This document shows positions 10,347-19,449 of a DNA stretch of 64,000 nucleotides, piece by piece; within the stretch, counting starts at the first letter, position 1; each line of letters begins with the position of its first letter. Position numbers and translations under genes: made by a program. Under the pieces are notes generated by a model, which saw only the letters and a program-made list of their open reading frames with translations, had not been told where the DNA came from and ran no database searches. Source of the DNA: an uncultured Variovorax sp. GTDB taxonomy: Bacteria > Pseudomonadota > Gammaproteobacteria > Burkholderiales > Burkholderiaceae_C. Where the stretch lies: the NCBI GenBank assembly GCA_966211435.1, contig CBIHOG010000021.1, positions 6,353 through 70,352 on the forward strand. The letters are read 5' to 3'.

Positions 10347-11213
10347 CTACTCGAAGTGGTTCTCGATGACGCCGACGCCGTCGATCTCGATGCGCACCGC
10401 GTCGCCGGACTTCAGCCATTGCGGCGGCTTCTGGCCCATGCCCACGCCTGATGGCGTGCCGGTGGCGATCACATCGCCGGGGTACAGCGTGATTCCGCGC
10501 GAGCAGGTCTCGATGAGGGTGGGGATGTCGAAGATCATGTCCTTCGTCAGCCCGTCCTGCCGCAGCGCGCCGTTGACCCAGCCGCGCACGCGCGTGGCGC
10601 GGCCGTCGAGTTCGTCGGCGGTGACGATCCACGGGCCCATCGGGCAGAAGGTGTCGAAGCTCTTGCCCAGGTCCCATTGCTGGTGGCGCATCTGCACGTC
10701 GCGCGCGGTCACGTCGTTGACGATCGTGTAGCCGAAGACATGCGCCATGGCGTGTGAGCGTGGGATGTCGCGGCCGCCGCGGCCGATGACGACCGCAAGC
10801 TCCGACTCGTAGTCGATCTGCACCGAGATCGAAGGCGAGGGCAGGCGCACCGCGTCGTGGGGGCCGATCACGCATTCGCCCAGCTTGCCGAAGACGATGG
10901 GCCAGGGGTCGGTCTCGGGCATGGTCTCGCGGAACACGGTGCCGGCGAGTTCGGTCGCATGCGCGTGGTAGTTGCGGCCGACGCAGAAGAGGCCGCGCAG
11001 GGGACGCGGCAGCGGCGCGCGAAGGGTGATGACATCGACCGGCAGCCGCGTGCCGGAAGGCTGCGGCAGCGGCTCGTCGCGTGCGATCGCCTGGATGAGC
11101 GGCAGCACACCCAGTGACGCATCGCGCACGGACAGCGGCGTGGCTTCCCGCCCGTCCGGCGAGATCGTGCCCACGTGATCGCGTCCGCCCCAACTCCAGC
11201 TGGCCAAGCGCAT
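10347..11213 (-). CDS. Fumarylacetoacetate hydrolase family protein
   Basis: CVGRNYHAH, DYESEL, GYTIVNDVTARD, GKSFDTFCPMGP, GDVIATGTP; start MRLASW behind a GGAGA SD. Confidence 0.92.
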   Translation of the reverse strand: MRLASWSWGGRDHVGTISPDGREATPLSVRDASLGVLPLIQAIARDEPLPQPSGTRLPVDVITLRAPLPRPLRGLFCVGRNYHAHATELAGTVFRETMPETDPWPIVFGKLGECVIGPHDAVRLPSPSISVQIDYESELAVVIGRGGRDIPRSHAMAHVFGYTIVNDVTARDVQMRHQQWDLGKSFDTFCPMGPWIVTADELDGRATRVRGWVNGALRQDGLTKDMIFDIPTLIETCSRGITLYPGDVIATGTPSGVGMGQKPPQWLKSGDAVRIEIDGVGVIENHFE

Positions 11214-11284
11214 CGCAGTTGTCTCCATCTTGTCCCGGGGTTCTTGCGGTTCGCACCACCGCCTCGGGATCAGTGAAAGTCCTT

Positions 11285-11304
11285 TTTGAGACTTGTGTCT
11301 CAAA
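11285..11304. promoter_or_regulatory. Putative TetR operator (perfect inverted repeat TTTGAGAC-ttgt-GTCTCAAA)
   Basis: 8-bp perfect inverted repeat with 4-bp spacer in the divergent FAH/TetR intergenic region. Confidence 0.7.
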
Positions 11305-11382
11305 TCGGGATCGGTGCATCATACGATCCGAGTTCCGGCCTTCACAAGCCGGTGAAAGCCATTCCAGACCCGTACAAACCCC

Positions 11383-12129
11383 ATGGCACGACTGAAGCAC
11401 AAGCTGAGCGAACCGCCCGTGCCTCCCGATCGCGGCGTGAAGGCAGCCACCTTCAACCTGCTGCTCGACACCGCGATGGACATCATTCGCCAGAGCGGCC
11501 ACATTCCATCCGTCGCCGAGGCGGCGGCGCGCTCGAAGGTGTCGCGCGCGACGGCGTACCGCTACTTTCCGAGCCGCAGTGCGCTGATCACGGCGGTGGT
11601 CGACAGCTCGCTCGGGCCGGTGCGCAAGCTCGCCTCCGACAACCCGAGCGGACGCGAGCGGGTGCACGAACTCTTCCTGCAGACCTTCCCGCGTTTCAAG
11701 GAGTTCGAGCCGCAGATGCGCGCCGCCGCGCAGCTGTCGCTGGAGCAATGGGCGCTGGAGCGCGCCGGGCTGCTGGAGGAGGAGCCGTACCGGCGCGGCC
11801 ACCGCGTGCGCATCCTGGAGCACGCGATCGAGCCGCTCGCGCCGCTGCTGCGGCCGGCCGTGCGCGACCGGCTGCATCACGCGCTGTCGGTGGTCTACGG
11901 CATCGAGCCGTACATGATCCTGAAGGACATCTGGGGCCTGGGCGACCGCGAGGTCGAGCGCACCGCGCTGTGGATGGCCGACGCGCTCATCGATGCGGCA
12001 TTGCGCGAGTCGGGCGAGAAGCCGGCCGGACGCGCGTCTCGTGCCGCGAAGTCCAACGGGAGTGCCGGCGCCGCGAGCCCGGCGCCGGCCACCGTCAAGC
12101 GTCGCCCGGCCCGCGTCCCGGGCGGCTGA
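11383..12129 (+). CDS. TetR/AcrR family transcriptional regulator
   Basis: HTH PSVAEAAARSKVSRATAYRYF; divergent from the catabolic operon. Confidence 0.92.
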   Translation: MARLKHKLSEPPVPPDRGVKAATFNLLLDTAMDIIRQSGHIPSVAEAAARSKVSRATAYRYFPSRSALITAVVDSSLGPVRKLASDNPSGRERVHELFLQTFPRFKEFEPQMRAAAQLSLEQWALERAGLLEEEPYRRGHRVRILEHAIEPLAPLLRPAVRDRLHHALSVVYGIEPYMILKDIWGLGDREVERTALWMADALIDAALRESGEKPAGRASRAAKSNGSAGAASPAPATVKRRPARVPGG

Positions 12130-12156
12130 CCGTTTTCATGCCGCGCGCAGCGGGGC

Positions 12157-13851
12157 CTACATGCCGACGTAGTTCGGCCCGCCGCCGCCTTCGGGTGTGA
12201 CCCACACGATGTTCTGGGTCGGATCCTTGATGTCGCAGGTCTTGCAGTGCACGCAGTTCTGCGCGTTGATCTGCAAGCGCTCCTTGCCATTCGAATCCGG
12301 CACGAACTCGTAGACGCCTGCGGGGCAGTAGCGGCTTTCCGGGCCGGCGTACTCGGGCAGGTTGATCTCGGTGGGCACCGCGGCGTTCTTCAGCGTCAGG
12401 TGCGCCGGCTGGTTCTCTTCGTGGTTGGTGTTGCTGATGAAGACGGACGAGAGTCGGTCGAAGGTGAGCTTGCCGTCCGGCTTGGGGTAGGCGATCTTCT
12501 TGCACGCCGACGCGCGCTTCAGCCGCTCGTTGTCCGGCGTGGTGTTGTGCAGCGTCCAGGGTACGTGGCCGCGCAGCACGAATTGCTCGATGCCGGTCAT
12601 GACGGTCGCGACCGTCAGGCCCTTCTTGAACCATTGCTTGAAGTTGCGCGCCTTGTTGAGCTCCGTGTGTAGCCAGCTCTTTTCGAAGGATTCGGGATAC
12701 GCCGCGAGCTCGTCCTGCTGGCGGCCGGCCGTGATGGCATCGAAGGCGGCCTGCGCCACCAGCATGCCGGTCTTGATCGCGGCGTGGCTGCCCTTGATGC
12801 GGCTCGCGTTGAGGTATCCGGCCTCGCAGCCCACCAGCGCGCCGCCCGGGAACACGGTCTTGGGCAGGGAGAGCAGGCCACCCGCCGTGATCGCGCGGGC
12901 ACCATAGCTCAGGCGCTTGGGCGCCTTCAGTCCCTTGTCCTGCCCCTCGAAGTACCAACGGATGTTCGGGTGCGTCTTGAAGCGCTGGAATTCCTCGAAA
13001 GGGCTCAGGTGCGGGTTCTGGTAGTCGAGGCCGACCACGAAGCCGACGATGAGCTGGTTGTTCTCCGCGTGGTAGACGAAGGAGCCGCCATAGGTGTCCG
13101 ACTGCAGCGGCCAACCGGCGGTGTGCACGGCCAGGCCCGGCTCGTGGCGGGCGGGGTCGATCTCCCACAGCTCCTTGATGCCGATGCCGTAGCTCTGGGG
13201 CTGCCTGCCTTCGTCGAGCTTGTATTTCGCGATCAGCTGCCGGCCCAGGTGGCCGCGCGAGCCTTCGGCGAACACCGTGTACTTGCCGAGAAGTTCCATT
13301 CCCAGCTGGAAGTTCTCGGTCGGCTCGCCGTCCTTGCCGATGCCCAGGTTGCCGGTGGCGACGCCGCGCACTTTGCCGTCCTCGGTGTAGAGCACCTCGG
13401 CGGCGGGGAAGCCCGGGAAGATCTCCACGCCGAGGCTCTCGGCCTGCTGCGCGAGCCAGCGCACCACGTTGCCGAGGCTGACGATGTAGTTGCCCTCGTT
13501 GTGGAAGTTGTGCGGCAGCATGAAGTTGGGCGTGCGCGTGGCGCCGGTCTCGCTCAACATCAGGAAGGTGTCTTGCGTGACTGGCTGATGGAGCGGGGCG
13601 CCGAGTTCCTCCCAGTCGGGCAGCAATTCGAAGAGCGCGCGCGGGTCCATGATGGCGCCGGAGAGGATGTGGGCGCCGGGTTCGGAGCCCTTCTCAAGCA
13701 CGACGACGGAGATCTCCTTGCCATGCGATGCGGCCAACTGCTTGAGGTGGATGGCGGTGGAAAGGCCCGCGGGCCCTGCGCCGACCACCACCACGTCGTA
13801 TTCCATGGTTTCGCGGGGGCCGTACTGGGCGAGGATTTCGTCGTGCGTCAT
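12157..13851 (-). CDS. Electron transfer flavoprotein-ubiquinone oxidoreductase
   Basis: DVVVVGAGPAGLS FAD motif, GAHILSGA, C-terminal CPAGVYE...NCVHCKTCDIKDP 4Fe-4S motif; start MTHDEIL. Confidence 0.96.
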   Translation of the reverse strand: MTHDEILAQYGPRETMEYDVVVVGAGPAGLSTAIHLKQLAASHGKEISVVVLEKGSEPGAHILSGAIMDPRALFELLPDWEELGAPLHQPVTQDTFLMLSETGATRTPNFMLPHNFHNEGNYIVSLGNVVRWLAQQAESLGVEIFPGFPAAEVLYTEDGKVRGVATGNLGIGKDGEPTENFQLGMELLGKYTVFAEGSRGHLGRQLIAKYKLDEGRQPQSYGIGIKELWEIDPARHEPGLAVHTAGWPLQSDTYGGSFVYHAENNQLIVGFVVGLDYQNPHLSPFEEFQRFKTHPNIRWYFEGQDKGLKAPKRLSYGARAITAGGLLSLPKTVFPGGALVGCEAGYLNASRIKGSHAAIKTGMLVAQAAFDAITAGRQQDELAAYPESFEKSWLHTELNKARNFKQWFKKGLTVATVMTGIEQFVLRGHVPWTLHNTTPDNERLKRASACKKIAYPKPDGKLTFDRLSSVFISNTNHEENQPAHLTLKNAAVPTEINLPEYAGPESRYCPAGVYEFVPDSNGKERLQINAQNCVHCKTCDIKDPTQNIVWVTPEGGGGPNYVGM

Positions 13852-13970
13852 GTGGGTCTCGTCGATAATGATTTTGAGGATGCGAGGCGCCGTGGCGGGC
13901 CGGATCATTTTATGCGGCGCCCGCGGAGCCTCCGGACGGTCGCCGCGGCGACTCCAAGAGGACTTCTCCC

Positions 13971-14753
13971 ATGGCTTACAGCATCGATCTTTCGGGCCGC
14001 GTGGCCTTCGTCACCGGTGCATCGAGCGGCCTCGGCGCCCAGTTCGCCAAGACCCTGGCGCGCGCGGGCGCGGCGGTGGTCCTGGCCAGCCGCCACACCG
14101 ACCGGCTGAAGGAGCTGCGCGCGCGCATCCAGGGCGAGGGCGGCGACGCGCACGTGGTCGAGCTGGACGTGACCGACCCGGGCAGCATCAAGGCCGCCGT
14201 CGCGCGCGCGGAGACCGAGGTCGGACCGATCGACATCCTGGTCAACAACTCCGGCGTCAGCGGCACGCGGCGGTTGCAGGACGTGACGCCGGAAGACTAT
14301 GACTTCATCTTCGATACCAACGTGAAGGGCTCCTTCTTCGTGGCGCAGGAGGTCGGCAAGCGGATGCTGGCGCGCGCAAAGGGCGCCGCGCCGGGCACCT
14401 ACATCGGCGGGCGCATCATCAACGTGGCCTCGGTCGCGGCCCTGAAAGTCATCCCGAAGATTGGCGTCTACTGCATGAGCAAGGCGGCGGTGGTGCAGAT
14501 GACGAAGGCAATGGCGCTCGAATGGGGTCGCTTCGGCATCAACGTGAATGCGCTGTGTCCGGGCTACATCACGACCGACATCAACGAGGACCACTGGTCC
14601 TCCGACGACGGCCAGAAGCTGGTGGGCATGCTGCCGCGCAAGCGGGTGGGCAAGCCGGAGGACCTCGACGGCCTGGTCGTGCTGCTGGCCAGCGGCGAGA
14701 GCCACTTCGTCAACGGCGCGGTGATCGCGGCGGACGATGGTTTTTCGTTGTGA
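13971..14753 (+). CDS. SDR family oxidoreductase
   Basis: TGASSGLG, NNSG, YCMSK catalytic motif. Confidence 0.93.
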   Translation: MAYSIDLSGRVAFVTGASSGLGAQFAKTLARAGAAVVLASRHTDRLKELRARIQGEGGDAHVVELDVTDPGSIKAAVARAETEVGPIDILVNNSGVSGTRRLQDVTPEDYDFIFDTNVKGSFFVAQEVGKRMLARAKGAAPGTYIGGRIINVASVAALKVIPKIGVYCMSKAAVVQMTKAMALEWGRFGINVNALCPGYITTDINEDHWSSDDGQKLVGMLPRKRVGKPEDLDGLVVLLASGESHFVNGAVIAADDGFSL

Positions 14754-14756
14754 CGC

Positions 14757-16136
14757 TCAGGCGGCGGGCATGACGATGCGGGCCTCGAAGCCCGCCGTCG
14801 CGCCGGGCGGCGGAGAGCTCAGATCCAGGCGGGCGCCGTGCTTCTCGACGATGGTCGAGACAATCGACAGGCCCAGTCCGTAGCCGGCCCGGCTGGACGC
14901 ATGGCGCACGTGGCGCTGGCGCAGCGTGCGCAGCTGAGCCTCGCTCACGCCGGGGCCGAAGTCGCGCACGGCCAAGGTGCAGGGTTGAAGCACCTCGATG
15001 ACCACGCGGCCGCGGCCGTAGCGCAGTGCGTTCTCCACCAGGTTGCGCAGGGCGATCGCGAGCGCGTCGACGTCGCCGAGCGCCATGGGCGGCTCGGTAT
15101 CGGGCACCTTCAACGTCAAGCGTTCGTTGACGCGCGGATCCTGCCAGAACTCCTGCGCCACGGTGCCGGCGAGCTGGACCAGGTCGATCCTCGTGCGCGC
15201 GAGCGACGCGCCCGATTCGGCGCGCGAGAGCTGCAGCAGCTTCTCGGTGCGGTGCCCGAGGATCTGGAGCGCGTCCAGAGCGCCTTCGACGTCCTCGCGC
15301 GTGAGATCGTGCTCCAGCGCCGTCTGCAGCCGCAGCCGCGCCGCGGCCAGTGGCGTGCGCAGCTCGTGCGCGGCATTGGCCGCCAGCGCGCGTTCCACGT
15401 CCAGTGAGTGCGAAAGCCGTTCGAGCAGGCGGTTGACGTGGTCGCCCACCGTGCGCAGTTCCTGCGGCAGGCCGGGCAGCTGGATCGCGCGCAGGTCCGT
15501 GCCGCTGCGCTGCTCGATCTCGCCCGACAGCTGCTGCAGCACCCGCAGCTCGGTGCGGGCAACGTTGCGCAGCACCAGGGCCAGCAGGGGCAGCACGGCG
15601 CCCAGCGGGATGATGAGGCCCAGCAGGGTACGGTTGAGCGCGCGGCGACGCTCGTCCAGCGGGTCGGCGACCTGCAGGAAAAAGTCCATGGTCGGATGCC
15701 GCACGGTGTAGATGCGCCAGGCCTCCGCGTTCGCGAAGCCGGGCGCCAGCGGCACGTCGAAGGCATTGCCCGGCGCCTCGATGGAGCGCAGCAGCACCCG
15801 CTCGTGCAGGTCGACCACCTGGTAGAGCACGGCATCGGTGGGATAGAGCTGCGGCGGCGCGATGAGCGGCGAGCGCGCATCGGGATCCTCGCCCTGCAAC
15901 TTCATCAACTCCTGCACCGCCATGTCGAACATGCGGTGGGAGACTTCGACCAGCTCGTTGTCGAAGTTGTGGTTGATCTCGCGGTCCACGTACCACACCA
16001 CGCCCAGCACGCACAGCAGCCACACCCCGCCTACCCAGAGGATGAGGGTGCGCGTGAGCCGGCCTGCCAGGGAATCGCGGCGGACGAAAGCGCCCAGGCC
16101 CTCGCTGCCGGCCTGTTCCAGGAGCTTCAGATTCAT
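14757..16136 (-). CDS. Sensor histidine kinase (QseC/PmrB/ColS-like)
   Basis: Two TM segments, HAMP, AAHELRTPL H-box, NLVENALRYG, DFGPG, GYGLGL; ATGA overlap with the response regulator. Confidence 0.9.
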   Translation of the reverse strand: MNLKLLEQAGSEGLGAFVRRDSLAGRLTRTLILWVGGVWLLCVLGVVWYVDREINHNFDNELVEVSHRMFDMAVQELMKLQGEDPDARSPLIAPPQLYPTDAVLYQVVDLHERVLLRSIEAPGNAFDVPLAPGFANAEAWRIYTVRHPTMDFFLQVADPLDERRRALNRTLLGLIIPLGAVLPLLALVLRNVARTELRVLQQLSGEIEQRSGTDLRAIQLPGLPQELRTVGDHVNRLLERLSHSLDVERALAANAAHELRTPLAAARLRLQTALEHDLTREDVEGALDALQILGHRTEKLLQLSRAESGASLARTRIDLVQLAGTVAQEFWQDPRVNERLTLKVPDTEPPMALGDVDALAIALRNLVENALRYGRGRVVIEVLQPCTLAVRDFGPGVSEAQLRTLRQRHVRHASSRAGYGLGLSIVSTIVEKHGARLDLSSPPPGATAGFEARIVMPAA

Positions 16137-16819
16137 TGGTCTTCTTTTTCTTCTTCGTCCGGCGAGAAGGAAAGCCGGTAGCCCAGTCCGCGCAGGGTCT
16201 GGATGTGGCTGCGGCCGAGCTTGCGACGCAGGCGGCTGATGAAGACCTCCAGTGTGTTGCTGTCCGCCTCGTCGCCAAAGCCGTAGAGCGCGTCGGCCAG
16301 GTTCTCGCGCGTGTGGATGCGCTCGGGGCGCGTCGCCATCACGCGCAGCAGCGCCCATTCCTTCTGCGTGAGCGTGATGGGGAAGCCGTCCTTGCGTACC
16401 ATGTCGCGGCCGAGGTCGATCTCCAGGCCGCCCAGCTTCAGCACCGGAGAACTGCTGGCGCTGCGGCGGCGCTCGACGGCACGCAGGCGGGCCAGCAGTT
16501 CCGCGGGGTCGTACGGCTTGATGAGGTAGTCGTCCGCGCCGGCGTCAAGGCCGCGGATGCGGTCGGTGACCTGGTCGCGGGCGGTCAGAACGATCACGAT
16601 GGGCCGGTCCCGCAATGCGCGCACGGTGGGTAGCAGCGAGAGGCCGTCGCCGTCGCCCAGGTGCAGGTCCAGCAGCACGGCAGCATACTGCACGGCGGCC
16701 AGCGCCGATCGCGCCTCGGCAAGGCCCGGCGCCACGTCCACGACGAAGGCCTTCGCCATGAGGTAGCTGCACACGGCGTCGGCCAGGGCGGTATCGTCTT
16801 CGACCAGCAATATCCGCAC
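16133..16819 (-). CDS. OmpR-family response regulator (QseB/PmrA/ColR-like)
   Basis: MRILLVEDD, LLDLHL, LTARD, GADDYLIKP, winged helix LRRKLG...TLRGLGY. Confidence 0.93.
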   Translation of the reverse strand: MRILLVEDDTALADAVCSYLMAKAFVVDVAPGLAEARSALAAVQYAAVLLDLHLGDGDGLSLLPTVRALRDRPIVIVLTARDQVTDRIRGLDAGADDYLIKPYDPAELLARLRAVERRRSASSSPVLKLGGLEIDLGRDMVRKDGFPITLTQKEWALLRVMATRPERIHTRENLADALYGFGDEADSNTLEVFISRLRRKLGRSHIQTLRGLGYRLSFSPDEEEKEDQ

Positions 16820-16854
16820 TGCGGCTTCCTTTCAAAAGCTGGAGTCTAGTGCGC

Positions 16855-16887
16855 CTTAAGGCTTCGTTCAGGGCGCGAAACTAAGCT
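16855..16887 (+). promoter_or_regulatory. OmpR-type direct-repeat box and -10 element upstream of pap2 (CTTAAG-N5-GTTCAG-N10-TAAGCT)
   Basis: Read directly; same spacing as the sites at 17612 and 25064. Confidence 0.65.
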
Positions 16888-16895
16888 GGCGGCGA

Positions 16896-17597
16896 ATGAG
16901 CCGTTCTGCTGTCACACATCCCCCCGCTTCTTCCTCCCTCACGCCGCTCTTCTCGCCCTTCGCGCTGACTGTCGCCTCGCTCGTGCTCGTGTTGGCGTGG
17001 GACGCGAGCAAGCTCGACCTGTGGCTGGCGGAGATGATGGGCACGCCCGCTGGTTTTCCGCTGCGGGACAACTGGTTCCTTGTCAACATCATGCACGAGG
17101 GGGCCAAGTGGCTGAGTTGGGCGCTGGCCTTCGCGTTGATCGCGGGAATCCGCTGGCCGGCGGGCTTCCTGCGGCGGGTCTCCTTGCGCGACCGGATGCA
17201 GCTCGTCGCGGCGCTGGTGCTTTCCGTGCTGGCGGTCTCGATCCTCAAGCGCGCGAGCGAGAGCAGTTGCCCTTGGGATTTGCAGGTCTTCGGTGGCGTG
17301 GCGCGTTACGTATCTCATTGGTCCCTCGGCGTGCTGGACGGGGGGCCGGGCAAGTGTTTTCCGGCCGGGCACGCCTCGGCCGCCTTCGCATTCGCAGGGG
17401 GGTATTTCGCACTTCGTCGGTCTTCGCCCGCATTCGCCCGTGCCTGGCTCGTTGCCGCCCTGGCTGCGGGCCTGGTGCTCGGCCTGACGCAGCAGCTTCG
17501 CGGAGCGCACTACATGAGCCACACGCTCTGGACAGGCTGGGTCTGCTGGGCGGTCGGCTATGCCCTCGACGCTGTGCTTCACCGCAAAGATGAATGA
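16896..17597 (+). CDS. PAP2-family membrane phosphatase
   Basis: KRASESSCPW, CFPAGHAS, QQLRGAHYMSH acid-phosphatase motifs; multiple TM segments. Confidence 0.88.
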   Translation: MSRSAVTHPPASSSLTPLFSPFALTVASLVLVLAWDASKLDLWLAEMMGTPAGFPLRDNWFLVNIMHEGAKWLSWALAFALIAGIRWPAGFLRRVSLRDRMQLVAALVLSVLAVSILKRASESSCPWDLQVFGGVARYVSHWSLGVLDGGPGKCFPAGHASAAFAFAGGYFALRRSSPAFARAWLVAALAAGLVLGLTQQLRGAHYMSHTLWTGWVCWAVGYALDAVLHRKDE

Positions 17598-17611
17598 AAC
17601 CTGACCAAGGG

Positions 17612-17644
17612 CTTCAGGGAGATTTCAGTCCCGCTTCTTAGCCT
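17612..17644 (+). promoter_or_regulatory. OmpR-type box and -10 element upstream of eptA (CTTCAG-N5-TTTCAG-N10-TAGCCT)
   Basis: Read directly; ATG follows 6 nt after the -10, which would make the mRNA leaderless. Confidence 0.7.
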
Positions 17645-17650
17645 CTCCGG

Positions 17651-19429
17651 ATGTCCGAATCGTCCGTCACCTCGTCTCGCTTTTCTCCCTCCCCCTCAGA
17701 AGAATCCCGCCCCGGCTCCTCCTCCAGTGCCGGCACCGCACCATCTGGCGCTCCATGGGCGGCGCTTGATCGGTGGTTCTCGCGGCCCCGCTCGGCGCGC
17801 AGCGTGGTGGGCTGGCTCAGCCTGTATCTCGCCGTCGCGGCCAACTGGCCCTTGTGGATCGAACTGGCGCGTATTGGCGGCGCCCCCAGTGTCTATGTGC
17901 CCTCGATCGCCGTGATGGCGCTGCTCACGTTCTGCGGCAGCGCCGCGATACTGTCCTTCACCGCCTGGTCTCGCTGGATGAAGCCGCTGTGGTTTGCGGT
18001 GGTGCTCCTGGCCGCGGTCGTGCAGCACTACATGCTGAGCTACCGCATCGTGATGGATCCGAGCATGGTGGCCAATGCGATGCAGACGGATGCGAACGAA
18101 GTGCGCGACCTGTTGAGCTGGCGCATGCTGCTGAATGTGCTGCTGGTCGCCGCCTTGCCCGGATGGGCGCTCTGGCGCGTGCGCATTCCGCCGATGCGGG
18201 TGGTGTCGCAGCTGTGGCGCAACCTGCTGTTGCTGTTCGCCGTCTTCGCGCTGGCCGCGGCAGCCATCGTCGCCATGAACCGGCAACTGGCGCCGCTGAT
18301 GCGCAACAACGTCCATCTGCGCTACATGATGAATCCGGTCGCGAGCCTGTATTCGACGGGCGCCGCGGTGGGCAGGCCGTTGTTCAAGCACAGCCGCAAG
18401 CTCATCCCGGTTTCGGGCGGCGCGGCCCTCGGCGCCAGCTACGCGGCGCAGAAGAAGCCGCCGCTGTTCGTCCTCGTGGTGGGCGAGACGGCGCGCGCCG
18501 ACCATTTCGCGCTCAACGGCTATGCGCGCAACACGACGCCGGAACTTGCCGCGCGCAACGTGTTGAGTTATCGCGAAGTCCACTCCTGCGGGACCAACAC
18601 GCTCGCCTCGGTACCCTGCATGTTCTCGCCGCTGGGCAAGCAGGCCTTCGAGGCCCGCAAGGACGACTACGAGAACCTGATGGATGTGCTGCAGGCTTCG
18701 GGCCTCGCGGTTTTCTGGCTCGACAACCAGGCCGGCGGCTGCAAGGGCGTGTGCGACCGCATCCCGCACGCATCCGCCTTCGATGGGCTCGACGAAGGCG
18801 TGAAGAACGCGCTGTGCGAAGGCGACGAGTGCCTTGACGACGTGATGCTCAAGGGCCTGGACGCACGCCTGGCTGCGCTGCCGGCCGAGCGCCGCGCCAA
18901 GGGTGTGGTGCTGGTAATGCACCAGATGGGAAGCCACGGGCCTGCCTACTACAAGCGTTCTTCCGCCGACATGAAGCGCTTCGTGCCCGAGTGCAAGACC
19001 AACGCGCTGGCTGAGTGCAGCCACGCTGAACTGATCAACGGCTTCGATAACTCGATTGCCTATACCGACCGCTTTCTTGGCCAGACGATCGACTGGCTCA
19101 AGGGCCAATCCGCGCAGTACGACACGGGCCTGCTCTACCTGAGCGACCACGGCGAATCGCTGGGCGAATATGGCCTTTTCCTGCACGGTGTGCCTTACAG
19201 TTTCGCGCCCGAGGTCCAGAAGCACATCCCGATGGTGACCTGGTTCGCCGAGGGGATGACCACGCGGCGTCGACTCTCGCGCTCCTGCATGCAGGCGGGG
19301 CTGGACATTCCGCTCACGCACGACAATCTTTATCACACGGTCCTCGGCCTGATGGACGTGACGACGCCGACGTACAAGGTCGGGCTGGATGCGCTGGCTT
19401 CGTGCCGGGGGAACGGCGCGGGCGCCTGA
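17651..19429 (+). CDS. eptA: Lipid A phosphoethanolamine transferase (EptA/MCR family)
   Basis: 5 TM N-terminus, VVGETAR, SCGTNTLASVPCMFS (catalytic Thr), GSHGPAYY, SDHGESLGE, LHG. Confidence 0.92.
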   Translation: MSESSVTSSRFSPSPSEESRPGSSSSAGTAPSGAPWAALDRWFSRPRSARSVVGWLSLYLAVAANWPLWIELARIGGAPSVYVPSIAVMALLTFCGSAAILSFTAWSRWMKPLWFAVVLLAAVVQHYMLSYRIVMDPSMVANAMQTDANEVRDLLSWRMLLNVLLVAALPGWALWRVRIPPMRVVSQLWRNLLLLFAVFALAAAAIVAMNRQLAPLMRNNVHLRYMMNPVASLYSTGAAVGRPLFKHSRKLIPVSGGAALGASYAAQKKPPLFVLVVGETARADHFALNGYARNTTPELAARNVLSYREVHSCGTNTLASVPCMFSPLGKQAFEARKDDYENLMDVLQASGLAVFWLDNQAGGCKGVCDRIPHASAFDGLDEGVKNALCEGDECLDDVMLKGLDARLAALPAERRAKGVVLVMHQMGSHGPAYYKRSSADMKRFVPECKTNALAECSHAELINGFDNSIAYTDRFLGQTIDWLKGQSAQYDTGLLYLSDHGESLGEYGLFLHGVPYSFAPEVQKHIPMVTWFAEGMTTRRRLSRSCMQAGLDIPLTHDNLYHTVLGLMDVTTPTYKVGLDALASCRGNGAGA

Positions 19430-19449
19430 GCCGGCGCGCTCAAGGCGGA

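Noticed and set aside
8233-11880. 1215-aa ORF in the track
   Set aside because: Only 8233-9540 is a real amidohydrolase; the rest is an alternative frame over the hydrolase, FAH and tetR genes, as expected in high-GC DNA.
16896-19429. Mobile mcr gene call
   Set aside because: No IS or inverted repeats; it sits in a native regulated context; identity to MCR variants cannot be computed here.
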